Assembly: GCF_009914755.1 (NCBI RefSeq)
Contig: NC_060930.1
Length of the DNA stretch: 64,000 bases
Origin: the human T2T-CHM13v2.0 reference genome, Homo sapiens
Reading direction: 5' to 3' (one strand)
The notes beneath the pieces are model-generated. The model searched no databases. It saw nothing but the letters and a program-made list of their open reading frames with translations, and was not told the origin of the DNA. Positions 44,201 through 61,434 of the stretch are shown one piece after another. The translations under genes and the position numbers were made by a program. Each line of letters opens with the position of its first letter. Position 1 is the stretch's first letter.

Positions 44201-45529
44201 GTATTAGCCCAAGACCAGAAAAGAAAATTTATTTTTAGCTAATTAAGTTACTTGTCCTAAACTAATCCAGCTTTGCAATTCATCCAGTCCATAATATGCA
44301 TCCAAAATAGTCACTCTCATTTGTATTTGCATAATACCAGACTTAAAAAATGGGTAACTATTTACAGTATGATCTTGAGCTGATTGAGATTAGGAATATT
44401 AGATGAGCTGTGAGCTCCTCTCTACATTTAACTGTCCTGCTCTTCCTTCTCAGAAAAATCTCAGCTACCATCAAGAACAAGGTCCTGCCCCAAGCACACA
44501 TGCTTCTCAGCACCCTCTCAATCCCTTTCAATTTTTTCCTCCTCTGGGAAGCTTTCTCAGATACCCAATAACCCTACAATGCCTACAATGCTATACACCT
44601 CCTATAAATAACATGGTATTGTTGAAAATCCATCTTTATATGTGCTATTATTTGCTTATCTGTCTTCCCTACTAAAATGTGATTTTCATGAGGTCAGGGC
44701 TATTTGCATCATCATTGTATTCCCAGGGGGCAACCCAGTGCCTGACACATAGTAAATGGAATATTGGCCAAATGAATAAACTGAAGTATTGGAACTTCTG
44801 TGCTTTATATTCATTCCAACTCTAAACAGCTACCTCCTAACCTGCAATCCTCATCCAACAACTCATTGCATCACCATTGATCACCACCCAGCCCTCCCTG
44901 TGTACTCTCCCTTTCACTACGCTTTCTACTTCGGGACCCTCATGCGATCTTATGCCACTGATCAATCACCTTAGCATTCAGTTCTATCTGGAACAAGCTA
45001 CATAATTTCCTTTACCACTTTCCTTGACTCTTCCACAACTTCAATAAGAGTCAACTGTCTGACTATATTTAAGAAATGAGTGGGAGAACCTAAAGGTTTT
45101 GAGAAGTTTGTATCTAGAAAAGTAGACTTGGCTATTAGACAGCTCCTAAGTGATAAGGAAAAGATGCTACTCAGAGAGGATAAGACATGGGCTGAGAGAT
45201 TTAGATAAGAAGACTGGAAACTATGCCAGGTAATGAGGCTTGGGTTTAAGGTATGGAAATTTGAGATCATTCTCTTTTACTACTTCTCATGGGATTGAGG
45301 ACCAAAGCCTTTGCCTTCTATTTACCTAGACAATTGTGATCACATAAAAATCATTACATAATTCAATAAGTATTTAGAGTACCAGTACTATTCTGGGAAT
45401 ACGAAGTGGAAAAGATATATTAACATACCACTTAGATATGTTGGAATAAAATATATAAATGTTGCAAGGTATGCATGAACAGAATAATATTGTGAATGTT
45501 TTCAACCTACTTTATCTCAGTTTATGTGA

Positions 45530-45990
45530 CAAAATTTATTTATAACCTATTATGTGCCAGACATTATTCAAAGTGTTAGGAAATACACAGTGAACAAAAT
45601 AGGCAAAGATTATTTGCCCTCATGGAGTTCACAAGTAAAATACTATACAAGTAAAAAACAAAAACAAAAACAAAACAAAAAAAAAAACAGTTATAAGTGC
45701 TAAGGAGAAAAGACTAAATCTGGAAGGGGGAACATTAAGTTTTGGGATAAAGGTAAAATTATAGTTAAAGTGGTTGGGAAAGTCTTTACAGATGACATTA
45801 CACTGAAAAAAGACCTGAAGGAGTTAAAGGAGTAATCTTTGGAAATTCAGAGGAAGAGCATTCTAGGAAAAAAGAATAGAAAACATAAAGGCATTGAGGG
45901 AGGGGTGTACTTAGGATAGTCAAGGAATGGCAAGAGCCAGAGTGTCAGGGCAGAGGAAGCAAGAGAGAGTTGCAGATGAGGTGGGGGATC
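45530..45990 (-). mobile_element. LINE-2 3' fragment
   Basis: tttataacctattatgtgccagacattattc...gccctcatggagttcaca...agacctgaagga...gaagagcattctagg pattern. Confidence 0.65.
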
Positions 45991-48900
45991 AAGGATTCTA
46001 CTCCATGTCCACCCCTAAGTGCAGTCTTTCCCAAAGTTGTATCATGAACTCACTTGGCTGTCTATCTTCTTCATCTTTGCCATCAGGTCCATTCCTAAGC
46101 CTTCATTGACCACAAACTCTGTAAGTTCTATAAAGAAATTTCCAATATAAAAATAGAAGTTGTAACATTAGCATCAAAGTGGCATGACTGTTTAAAAATA
46201 TTGGGTTTAATTCTGTTAAGGTTAAAAATATACATTTTCCATTCAAATGCTAAAAGCCAATTATTTTAGTTAAATGCAAAATTACAGTGATTTGGGAAAA
46301 CATTAGTTTATTTGAAAGTAACCACATTCAAGCAAGCTTGAATTTTGATAACTAAATTAAATAAATGAGTAGTAGTCTCCGAATCCAGTCATGATTAACA
46401 CTATCAATACTACAAGCTAGTATTAATACTAATACTGTAAGTAGATAGAAGTGAAGTTATATACTATTTATCGGCTGCTGTTAATTTCAAGGGATGAGAA
46501 ATGAAATGCTCTGAGTCATTAAAATAGATAGGTATAACAAACAAGTATGATACATCCAGTCATAATGGAAAACCATGGGAAAGATAATATATTCTATACG
46601 TAACTGCTATTATGAGTTAATTCCTATAGAGTTAAAAATTCTTAAACAATCTCTTTTTATAATAAAATCACAGGTGCCAATATCATTGGAATGGACAAGC
46701 TATTTAAATATAAAAAATATATAGCTTATTTAGCCAGCATTTGGTGCACATATTTTAGACAGTTAATTTTTCATTCAAGATTTTTTCCATTTAGAAATTG
46801 GCCTTTAATCTGAGGACTTCAAGATAATTAAAACATACAAGTTAATCTCTCTGATATTAGAAATTAGTGCTCACATGTGTGATTATTTGCTTTGCTGAGA
46901 ATTCAGTTTCCTTACATTCACATTGTTATGAAAATAAACCACATCAACCCTTTAAACTCCCTAAATAACTTTTATTTTACACATTTTAAGTATAGGAATA
47001 TTAAAATATATTCAAAGAAGCAGAAATATCTCAACAATTTTTACTCAAAAATTGAAAAATTGATCATTTTGTGTACTAAAAAATATTAAATAAAATATAT
47101 TGTCTTTTTGCATGTATATGTTTCAATCCAAATGCAAATACATCTCTCTGTGCTCAAATATCACTGGCTCTCACAGACTAACAAAGCAAAGATCATGGGT
47201 TTTATTAGTATATTTCTAAAGTATCTTTGAAATTCCATTAAGATTAAATAATTTTTAAATATTTTTGAAATTTTATTACTGTATTATTTACTTATTCAAT
47301 GCATTCAATGAATAATGTTACATGGAAAGCCTTGTGCTACAGGGCAGTCATGTTTGTGTATAAATGTAACATAACTTTTTGTCTTCCAAAATTAACGAGT
47401 ACACTAAATACATTAAACATAAATAGATATATAGGTATATTGATAGATAGATAGTAAACAGTATAACTTCCTGCAGTTGTTTTTCTGACTGGTTTGTTTT
47501 GAGAAAGTCAAAGATGTAAATCTCCCACTCACAGCCAACTTATTGTGAGACAAGAAAAGACCATAGTCTCATGATGGAGAATAGCGAAGTCTCCATTCTG
47601 GGTTCCACTTGGAATACAATCAGTACTTTTTCTAAAAATTATATACAGAATCCAAAAACAGTATTTGAAATTAAAATTGAGAATTGCTGTGTGTCATTTT
47701 GGACAAATCATTTAATCTCACCAACTCCCAGTTTCCTGATCTTTAATATGGGCAATAGTGATGTCTACTTGAAGTATCAATGAGATAACCTGTGATAGGG
47801 CTGTTTTAAGTGTCTAGTACATATCAGGTGCTCAATAACTATTAATAATTGGTATTTGTCAACTCAGTAAACATATAGAAGCAAAGCTTCTCTTTTTCGT
47901 ATACATAAAGGTTGCAGCACTGGAGAGATTTCATCTTCTTGAAATATTCTGAAACATGAAATAACCATATATGCCCTCTTAAGTTTTAGTTGATGGTATT
48001 TAATGTTCACAGGATGAAATATAGGCGGATTATTCATGAGGACAGTGACATATTTGCTCTACTCATAGATTAAGAATCAAGATAGATGATCTATATAAGG
48101 CATCTAGTGTAGAATTATGATCAGCTTTGCAATGATTCCTTTTATAAAAAATGGGTATTTTGCCTCATTTGAGGCAACTTCATACCTCAAATAAGAAGGA
48201 AATATATTTATATATGCTTTTGCTTTTTGAATATAACAATGTGCATACAATTCTGCAAATTATCTCCCTTTATAAACACTCTTCAATATCTTCTTTTCAG
48301 TTTAGCTTTTATTTTTTGCTTACTTTGACCCTTTATTACATGAATGAGCGGTGAGCAATTTTATAACAAAACACTAATCTTTTGTTTTATTATGTAGAAT
48401 TATTATTAGAACATAGCAAAAATTTTCTATAAATAATGCTTTCCACTGACTAATTAGGCTCAGTGGTACATGACGTTATTAAATGAACTGTTACATGCTT
48501 TTGGTACAAGTATATAGAAGCTATTGAACCCTAGTTTGAAATGGACATAATTTTAACTATATCACGTGTTTCTTTGGCTGTCACAATTCATGAGTTGTCA
48601 GTAGGATTTCAGTGCTGTAAATATCAGTATAATCTCTAGTTACTTCAATACTTTAATCTAGTTGACTTTGCTACTGAATTCATTGGTGCAAGCTGCACTA
48701 CAGCTGTGTGTTAATAGTGATTTATATTCTTCCTCATTCAAGTCCCAAATGGAATCTCACCTGTGTTTGCATGATGTTCCAAAATCACTTGTTACTTATT
48801 AAGAAAAAGGTTATTTTCATGCATCAGACTTTAGAAATTTAAATGACCAGAGTCTGGGGAAAGAATATGTGAGTTGACAACAATGATTTCATTTTGACAG

Positions 48901-49559
48901 TTTTTCTTTGTGTAAGAAAAAAAAATGTCACATTCACCCAGAAACTCTTGGCATGTACCGAAAGTCAGGTGAAGTTTTTACTGTTTTGTGATTAGAAGCA
49001 TTATAAAGCCTGCTTACTACAAAACATTAGTAATAATGCCAAATTACTGCAAAGAGAAAGGAAATCAGAATTCTGTTTGTCTTTGTTTACCATCACTGCG
49101 GCATACTTTGAACTCAATTTTAATTATGTATTTTCATGTCTTCCTCTTTTCTCAGACTGTGAGTGATTATTCCTTAGCATTGAGCACAAGTCCATTTTCT
49201 ATGTTTTAATTCTACCCAGCCTCTTCCCTGTCACTTCTCTCTTAATATACTCTGTATCAAGGCATGGTGGAGTGTCTCTTAAAGACCCCAGTTTTTTTAT
49301 GACTCTATGTCCCTAACTATGGTAATCTTTTTCTACATGGAACTCCTTCTACTTGTTCATCCAGGAAGGTATTCATCATCCTCCTGAGATTCAGCTCAAT
49401 GGTCAGCTTTGTGTTATGTATTTACCCACCCTCCTAGGCAAGATTCACCCTTTCTCACTTGTCTTGTGTAAGACTCTGCTCATACCTTCAGGTAGATCAG
49501 CTCTCATTGTACCTGAGCTCTTTTTTTTTTTTTTTTAATCTTGATCTCATTCTTTATCA

Positions 49560-49740
49560 CAATGGTTTTTAACATCTAGTATGCATAAGCATTATAAGGA
49601 TGTTGTGCGAAAAATGCAGGCCTCTGAGCCCCATTCTTCAGATTTTGATGCAACTGGACTCAGCAGGGGCTCAGAAATCTGGAGTTTCATTTACAGTGTT
49701 CCTAATGCAGAAGCCCGAGATCATACTTTTTAAAAACCTA
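49560..49740. mobile_element. MER5-like remnant inside an L2 fragment
   Basis: aaaaatgcagg...gagcccc...cagattttgatgca...ggggctcagaaatctg; an L2 3' end (caataaatatttgttgaataaatgaatga) follows near 49820. Confidence 0.5.
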
Positions 49741-50249
49741 TAGTAACTGTGAATTAATCAAAGCCTGAGCAATACCTTATTTGTTTCTGCATACATAAGT
49801 CAAGAATAGTGATATTCAATAAATATTTGTTGAATAAATGAATGAGTAATTTAAAAATACTAAATAATTTCTATGTGAATAATTTGTAAGCTGACTGACA
49901 GTACAGACACATAGATTTGTGGCTATGTTTACAACTGTTCTTATGGAACTTTAACTACCAGTCAATGTCAATTTAAGGGTTGCTACTAAACTTAATTCTT
50001 GGTATTCTTTTTTCCTAAAATTTTTCCTGAATAGTACTTGAATAAAAATGATAAATATAAGATGTGTTAGGAAGTATAACTAGTATCCTGTTTTAAGAAT
50101 TTATATTCAAAAGATAGTTCAAAACCAGCAATAAGAAGCTTAAACAACAAGGTGAAATGTCACAGAGATAAATGTGCATTTCTAGGTTTAGGTTAAAAAA
50201 ATCAATTGTGAAAACTCAAGATAATGTTAGAACTGGTTTGACAATAGTT

Positions 50250-51250
50250 AATTTAGAAACAACCTAAGTTTTCAGTTGGTAACAAGTTTAATAAAACACA
50301 ATAATATGACATAGCCACTTAAGAAAACTACAACTTCAGATTATGTTGAAGGACTTTTGAAGAAAGAAACACAGGATGTAATAGTGCCATTTTTTTGTGC
50401 CAGTCAACTCTCATCTGATATATCTCAAGATCACTGAGCCCAACTTTAAGATGAACACTAGGACCACTGGAATGGTTTCAGAAGAAAACATCTAAGATAT
50501 TTGGTGAAATGGGAATTATGATATACCAAGAATAGTTGAAGGAAATCAGGTCTATGGGCAATTATTCTTGATACCAGTTTGTTACTGGTATAGTAATGCT
50601 GCATAACAAACAACTACAAAATATCAACATCATACAACAATAAGAAATTACTTAGTTCATGTGCTTTTGGTTTCGCTGGAAGTTGGCTGATCTAGGCTGG
50701 GCTTCCTGTACTCTGTTCTAGCTATGCAAAGAGCTGGGCTTGGCACTCCCTGAGGTCTGAGCTCCTCATGTGTTCAATCTGAAGCCAAAACTAAGAGAAA
50801 ATCAGGCACATGGGGGAGCTCTTTTCACGGCAATGGCAAGAAGACAAGCGGAAACACATAAACCTCCTAAGACCTAGGTTACCTAGAGGTGACTTTACTG
50901 TATCAGTTGAGGCAATATACATTACAGCAAAAAGTCAGAAAAACATACTCTGCCACTTTATTGAGAGGTACTGAAAAATCACACAGCAAAGGTCATGAAA
51001 GTAGGGAGGGGTGAAGAACTGTAGCCAAGAATACTCTACCGCATTCTGGGTTGGATATTGACAGAGGGATATTTTCTTCTTTAAGCAAGGCTGACATGTG
51101 GATGCAAAAACAACCTAGATTCATTTATGTGTAGGTTTACATGACACATTAGAGACCAATGTATGCAAATGGAGATTACAAGGAGGTAGGTGTTGTTTCA
51201 GTTTTAGAGTTTCCCAATAAGCTGAGGTGTTTAAAAAATAGAATGAAGTA
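50250..51250 (+). mobile_element. L3/CR1 fragment interrupted by a minus-strand MLT1 LTR (~50575-51043)
   Basis: CR1-like gtaatagtgcc...ctggaatggtttcagaagaaaa...gaatagttgaaggaa; MLT1-like taatgctgcataacaaacaac...ggctgatctaggctggg...agggaggggtgaagaactg. Confidence 0.6.
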
Positions 51251-51612
51251 TTTGGGAAGCAATATGATATTAGGACAGAGAGTCCATCTTTGGAACTGGA
51301 CAGAAACCAGTTTAAAGTTTGGGCCTTTTACTTATTAAGCTATAAAGTCCTGAACATGGCAAACATTTTGAATCCTAGTTTCTTTATCTGTAACATGAGG
51401 ATAAAATTATCTACTTCATTAGATAATGTTTACACAGTACTTAATACAGGCATCTGGCACATAGCAAATGCTTAGTATTGTAGCTATTATTATTAGTAGT
51501 AGTAACGTTCTACCTTTAGATATGGTTGTGCCCCCCACCTAGCCTTTTATACTTCTCTTTTGCTTCTTTCATATGTCTCCTATAATTTAATAGTACTGAA
51601 TATTATGTAACT

Positions 51613-51936
51613 CAAGTCCACAATTATTTATCCTCAAATTCCAAATCCAAAAGCTATAAAACCAAAAGTTTCTTCTTAAATAGGGTGTCTGAAAGAATTA
51701 AGCAACAAAATTCTGACCTAAAGTGATAAAAAGCTATTTATAATGATTTATATCTTGCTTAGTATAGTTCTTCATATATTAAATACAATAATATTAATAT
51801 ATATTTTTGGCCCAGATGTCACAAGTAGTGATATGCAATATACAAAATATGTGTTGTATTGTCTTTCTAAAATACAAAAAATTCTGAATAAGAAACATCT
51901 GGTGTACAGCATTGCAACTGGAGGATTGTGAACCTA
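51613..51936. mobile_element. Tigger-like (TcMar) DNA transposon remnant
   Basis: Degenerate terminal inverted repeats caagtccacaat... / ...attgtgaaccta. Confidence 0.5.
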
Positions 51937-52256
51937 TACTTTAATGTACCATATTTGTTAACCATTCTGTTTCTAGCACCTAGCAAAATAGCAAACCCTT
52001 AATAAACATGAACTTAATAATATATCAAAAGATGTTGAAGAAATTTGAAATTCTAATTATAAAAAATAAATAATATCTGTATCTTCTTTTGACTCTATCC
52101 TATATTTTTCCCAGATAAATTTGATTTTTCTTTTCTGAGGTTCTCCAAAGATATAAAGTGTGTTGTTATTAGTTTTCCAATTCTATGATTTAAGATCACA
52201 AAGATCTATCTTTTTCCATGTGGACTGCAGTGTTAGAAGAGAAATATCTTCCTTAT

Positions 52257-53812
52257 CTATATCCTTGTAGTACAATTTGAAGTCAGGTGATCTGAAACCT
52301 TTAGCTTTTTTTTTTTTCCCTTAGGATTGCTTTGGCTTTTCAGGCTCTTTTTTTGATTCCATATGAATCTCAAGCATATAGTAAGCAAACAGCATGGGAC
52401 TTGTATACAATATACACATAGATCAATGAAGCAGAATGTAGAACCCAGATATAAAACCACATATTTACAGCCATCTGATCACTGGCAAAACTGACAACAA
52501 TATAGACTGGGGAAAGAACACACCTTCTTCAATAAAGGATGTTAGAAAAAATGGATGGCCATACACAGAAGAATGAAACTAGATCCCTATCTTTTACCAT
52601 GTACTAAAGCCAACTCAAGATGTATTAAAGTCTTAAATGTAAGACCTGAAACTATAAAAGCACTAGAAAAAAACTTAGGAAAAACTCTTCTACGCTTTGG
52701 TCTAAGCAAATAATTCATGACTAAGACCACAAAAGCACAGGTAACAAAAACAGAAATAGACAAACGGGACTACATTAAATTAGAAAGCTTCTGCACAGCA
52801 AAATAAATAATTAATAGAGTGAGCAGACAACCTGCAGAATGGGAGAAAATATTTTAAAACTATTCATTTAACAAAGGACTAATATCCAGAATCTACAAGG
52901 AATCTAAACAACTCAACATAACAACAACAAAAAAACCCCCAAATAATCCCATTAAAAAGTAAGCAAACACATAAATAGACATTTTTTCAAAAGAAGACAT
53001 AAAAATGACCAACATCAACATTACCAATCATTAGAGAAATGCAAATTAAAACCACAATAAGATACCATCTCACATCAGTCCAAATGGCTGTTATTAAAAA
53101 GTCAAAAATAGCAGATGTTGGCAAGGATGTGGAGAAAAGGAAATGTTTATAAATTGCTGGTGGAAATGTAAATTAGTACAACCTATATGGAAACTAGTAT
53201 GTAGATTTCTCAAAGAACTAAAAATAGAACTGCCATTTGATACAGTGGTCCCACTACTGAGTAACTACCCAAAGGAAAATAAATCATTTTATATATACGT
53301 ATAAAAAATACCTGCACTCATATGTTTATCACAGCACTATTCACTATAGCAAAGATATGTAATCAACCTAAGTGTCAATCAGTGATGACTGCATAAAGAA
53401 AACACAGTATATGTACACAATGGAATACTACTCATCCATAAAAAAGAATGAAATCATGTATTTTGCAACAACATGGATGGAACTGGAGGCTACTATCTTA
53501 AGTGAAATAACTTAAACACAGAAAGACAAATACTGCATTTCTCCCTTATAAGTAGAGCTAAATAATATGTACCCATGGATGTAGAGTGTGGAATGGCAGA
53601 CAATGGAGACTCAGAAGAGTGGGGGAACCAGATGGTAAGTGGGTGATGAGAAATTACTTAATAGGTCCAATGTACAATATGTGGGTGATGGTTACCCTAA
53701 AAGCCCTGACTTCAATCTATGCATAGAAGAAATTACAACTATGCATAGAACAAATCTATGCATAGAACAAATTACAACTGTACCCCATAAATTTATACAA
53801 CAAATATAAAAA
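52257..53812 (+). mobile_element. Old L1 (L1MA/L1PB-like) 3' part with inverted 5' piece
   Basis: 52257-52368 is minus-strand ORF2 sequence; 52371-53812 is the plus-strand continuation through a 3'UTR with gatgagaaattacttaat...gggtgatggttaccctaaaagccctgacttc. Confidence 0.88.
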
Positions 53813-54671
53813 CATCTCTCTTCTCTCACTACCAATGTGCAAGTGCAAAATAACAAGACCTGGAGGCTGTTTTTTTAACATGCAAATTGACTAAGAAACC
53901 AAAGAAAACAACGAACGCATAGAAATGTTGCTCAAAAAAAGGATGGAATGGCAACCAATGGAGAATTTATTGAGCTCAGATAACTACATTGGCCTGGTGC
54001 AGAAAAAAGATGATTTTTTCCAAACATGAATTTGGTCTTGCTAAATTCTAGGTTTGATGATAACCTAAAACTCTATCCCAATACCACTTTTTTTCTTTTT
54101 TCCTAGTGGTATATTTAGGCTTTCTTGTTTCCTTCCTATCGCCTCAGCTATATGCCCCAACACTTTCAAATATCTGATCTGCCTGAAGAAAATGTAATTC
54201 TATAGTAATGAATCATATTCTCATTTCTTTGTCTTTGCAAGTGATGAGGTCCTTGCCTAAGTTTCACTTAACATTACAATCTCAGCCTGGCATCAGCTCT
54301 TCTGAGAAGCCTTGTAATACTTTCTCTTCACCCTCTATCTGTGTGACCTCCCATGCTCCCTCATGTCCTCTAACACATCCTCCCAGCACAGTACTTATCA
54401 CATGCTATGTGTTTATTTGAGTGTCTCTCTTCTTCTCTAATTGTTTACAAATAGTCCTCTGTATTTTAGTAAGTCCTTCCTACTGTGCCTTTGGAAGAAT
54501 TTCCTGTATACTGAGTTTTTTTTTTTCTCTATCTTGATTATTTTGTGTTGGACAGAATTTAGAAAATCAGGACCATAGCTATCTATAGATATATTTGAAT
54601 CCTTAAAATGTTTAATTTCTTTAAATTAGTTGCCAGTATCTAAAAATCAGAGTATTGCACAGAAAAACTGA

Positions 54672-55221
54672 CGTAGCAGGTTATATTTTTTTAAAATGGC
54701 TACAACATTTTTTTTTCCATTCTCGAACCATGCTGTCACCCACTGACAGGTAAAGACTATTATCCCTTCTCTTGAATCTGGCTGGACTTGTGAGGTGCTT
54801 GTAACTACTAGCATGAGGCTAAGTCATAAAAAGTAATGCAACTTCTCTTTTGCTTTTCGGGATACTCATATCTGGTACCCTGAGCTGCCATGCTATGAGG
54901 AAGCCTAAGTGACATGGAGAGGACTGTATGGGTGTTCCATGCAGCAGTGCTAATTAAGGGACAAGCTGACAGCCAGCATCAACTGCTATATATAATATGA
55001 GAAGAATCCCCAGGTGATTTCACATCCCAGCCATTGAGTCACCCTTGGCTTCTGAGCCTTTGCAGCTGCGGCCCCAGACATAGTGAAGCAGAAACAAGCC
55101 ACCCTTGTTGTACTTTGCTAAGACTCCAGATGTATAAAAAAATTCCTGAGCATAGTAAAAATGGTTGTTCTATACTACTAGGTTTTGGGGTGGTTTCTTG
55201 ATGCAGGAATAGTAACTGGAA
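54672..55221 (+). mobile_element. MLT1-type MaLR solo LTR
   Basis: aaaatggctacaa...cttgaatctggctggacttgtga...gctgacagccagcatcaactgc...ttttggggtggtttc...aatagtaactggaa pattern. Confidence 0.75.
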
Positions 55222-56669
55222 AATCTAGACTTCCAGCTCTTCTTGGGGAGGAAAAGATAACAAGCATTACTGACCTTCATTTTTTTTAAAAAACCTAGGC
55301 TACATGGCCACAATATCCTAATGTTGAAAAAACGATAGTCGCTTTAGATAGGGCACATACATTCCAGTCTGCCACAGTCTCTACCACTCCTTATTGCATA
55401 CTTTGACAGTCGTATACATTCACAAACATTCCTGATTCCTTAAATATGTTATTCATATGTTAAACTTTTTTGTGTGTGTGTGAAGCTAGGCTTCTCTTCA
55501 CCTACCAGTGAAACCAGAATTTCACCTTAGGTTCTTTCTGTCCTTAATGCTGGGCTTTTTGCAACACATCAGGTTCTTTCAGAATTTAGGATGATCTAAT
55601 GCTTCCTATTTTTGAAGCACTGATTGTGTATGGTTTACCCAATACCTTCTTGTTTCCTCCTGAGGAGTGTTTCCAATTCTAAATTAACCTGGTGAGGAGA
55701 AATGACTGGCATGTTGACATGCCTTGATCTCAATAAAAGATTAAGCAGGTTTCAGTTACTATCTAAAACACTTCCTTAGGTTTTCTTGAGAGACTTGTCA
55801 TTCATGTGAGTAGAGAAAATGGTTTTTCTAACTCTTCTTATTAGAGTTTCATAAAAAGTATTTTAATGGTATATTTTTAAATACAGATTGACTATTTAAA
55901 CTACTTAGGCAAGTAGTTTAGTTATTATCAAAATTAACCTTAAATTAATTAAAAATCGACAAATACAATGTATACATACTGATAATTTGAGGAAACACAT
56001 TGTTTCTTTCCTAAAACTAACAGTGGTTCTCTGAAGTGCCTAAAATAAATACGTCAAATAAGAACTAAAAAAGAGAGAGAGAAAAAAAACAGTGTTTATT
56101 GAGAGCTGAATTCTCATCCTGTGATGGTAAATTCAAACAATATCAAACCTACTGTTTATGCATGCAGAGGTCTGTAGATGGCAGGAACATACAATTAAAT
56201 TGTAGAATAACTGTGGGAAAGTAATTAAATCCAATAACCCTCTGTAAATTCAATCTCATCATAGACTATAGCATTGAGACATTAGAGAAATAAATTACAA
56301 AACGAGGGCGAGTGACTTTATAGTGAATAGTGCCACTTAAATGAATAGGACAAGCTTAATATTATAACTTTTATTAAGTTACTGGATAACTGCAGTGTTT
56401 CACACTTTAGTTTTCATTAGAGGGATTTCTGTAGACTCAGTATCAAATATAAGGACTTACATTAAACATATAGCCTGAAAACAGTAAATAATTTCTTCTT
56501 TTTTTCTTGCTCAGAAGTATCTTTTGGTCAGAACTTTTTGCAAAGCATGCAGATAGCTCCCTATTTTCTTATATTAAATGCATATTCTCTCTGGCCTTTT
56601 GAGGTACATAACAGACGTCTGAATTGATTTAGGTTTTCAGGTAGTAGTATCTGTTGGTCTTTATGTCTA

Positions 56670-56880
56670 ACACCGTGGAGTTGGCAGATATGGGTTCAAA
56701 TCCAACATTTACTATTTAAATATATTATACTTGGAAAAATCACTTAACATTTCTAAAATTTAAATTTTCTCTATATAAAATGAGGAAAAAAATACCTGCT
56801 TCATATGTTGTTGCAGGGATTAAATGAGATAAAACACCTCCCAACACTTAGCGTAGCAGCTAGCACAAAATGATTGTTAG
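56670..56880 (+). mobile_element. MIR (similar MIR remnants near 7800-7980, 13130-13320, 25320-25440, 33990-34090, 34310-34460, 47690-47845, 51260-51495)
   Basis: gggttcaaatcc...aatcacttaac...tataaaatgagg...gggattaaatgagataa MIR core. Confidence 0.7.
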
Positions 56881-57184
56881 CTATTATAAACTGATAGCTC
56901 CAAGTAGTGTTTGAGCAAAAAAAGCAGTGGCTCCCATCCTATAGGCTCTGACCCTTGAGGAGCTAAGAAGTTTGTGCGAGGGGTTTGAGAACCTATTTTT
57001 CCACCAAATGTAGATATGTATATTCACTGTATATTCTTTCTTTTGCTTTCTCATAAATAAAATATACATTGTATTTAAAAGCATTACTGTTTCCATAACA
57101 ATTTCATATCATTATTTATATGTTCAAGCAACTGGCACTAATATGTACAATTACTACTTATTGAAGTGTGATAAAAATTTTAGA

Positions 57185-57653
57185 TGTTGTGCTGGATCTT
57201 TTCAATTTGCTGTCCCACTTTCTTTCTTGCCTCCATCCTGTTCTCTCCCTAGAGGATGACTAATGGCAACACCGTCTATTGGATTGGTTTTCCTCTGCTT
57301 CCTACTGGGTCCATCCAGTGGGAGTAATGGTAGGAGACTGGCAGGAGAAAGGAGAGTGAGATCAGGATAGAAACTCCCTGTACTTCCTCCTGTAGGATGG
57401 CCGTGGTTGCCATTCTGAAGTAGAGGTCTCAGTTCCTGTCAGGTGGCCTCTCCCACAGCTTTCTCTGTTTCCCTTTAATTTCTATTTTTGGTAGTAGAGC
57501 ACCTCACCTTATGGATACTATCTTCAGGGGACTAAATTGTCCCTTGTGGTACTCGTCCACTGAAAATAGTTCCCTGGTTAAACTCTCCACAAATTATCCT
57601 AATTTAGGAGTCTAATTCCCCGCCCCCACACTGTTTCAGCCCTGATAACTACA
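57185..57653 (+). mobile_element. ERVL solo LTR (LTR33/LTR16-like)
   Basis: ctgcttcctactgggtccatccagtgggag...ggagagtgagatcagg...aaactctcc...ccctgataactaca pattern. Confidence 0.55.
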
Positions 57654-58486
57654 AATATTCAAAAAAGGTTTTCATTCTAGAACACTTTATAATAATGCCT
57701 TATATTTCAGAGGGAGGTGTCTATCTACATCTATATCTATGTCTAATCTACATCTGTATCTATACATCTTTGCTCTCCTAGTACATTCTCCACAGAAGGG
57801 AGGCTTCTTTTCCTAGGTTGTGTGAGTTCCTCACCTGATACATTATTTAAGAAAAGCAAAGACTTCCATTTAAATATTTTGCCTATTATACCAATCTACA
57901 GTTAAAATTTTACATTGGAAGATTATAAATTTTTAACATTTCACATCCAAATTAAATTACTATTAGAATCAAAGATCTGAATTGGTCTTTTGGCTTTTAT
58001 TTGCAATATTGCCACTTGTATCTAAGTAAATGAAAACCACTTTTTTTCTACTTGTATAATTTGGTTTGGTAGAGCTGTTTTTCTTTTTTTTTTAATTTGG
58101 ACATTGGGAAATGTTGACAAAATCTTGTGAATTTCCATGATTTCAGAAGGTTGACCTTTGAAAATGTTAATGTCTTTGAGGAGTATGTAGAAAAAAAAAG
58201 GTTATCAGAACATGAACAGAATTTAAATGTTTGGTCCAATTAAAGGTGTTAATCCCAGGATGTAACTTGCCTTAAGTCAAAACTTCAAGTATGTGAGTTC
58301 CCCTGGAAACTGTAATACTAGCCCTGCAATTTGAAGCTTGCATAATCAACTCATCAATTTATTTCTTTACTTTTTCTCCTCATAGACACAGGGTAAGAGA
58401 AAAAGATGATGGTCAGAGACACCTTATATCATTGTCATCTTTACCAGTCATTAATGTCATTCAGTTAAGCTGCCTCCTATGGACTC

Positions 58487-61034
<2,548 letters not shown>

Positions 61035-61434
61035 TCATTTGAAATTTTCCTGAACTAGCAATACCTTGCAAAATAACTGGGGGATTAATTAAAATTGTTT
61101 TAGCTGCTGAACTTCAGGTGAACCTTTGTAGGATTGTTACCTTGTGAACCTCCTCTAGAATCTCTACTGAGGATGATATAATTATTCCATTTAGGCATCT
61201 TCCAGATTCTATTTTATAATCTCACAAATTCTATGTTCACTTATGCTAACTAATCAGTTAAAGTCCATTTTCTCTAAATATTTTTATCTTTTATCTTAGT
61301 TCTACTAAGTCACACATATTCTACTATTTTATTTTCACAATTCAAAATCAGCATTTCTTCTGATTTAGACTGTGACAGTGCTCATATAATATTAATATTG
61401 TTTGTAAATGCTGGAGGATGATTCTAATTATATA

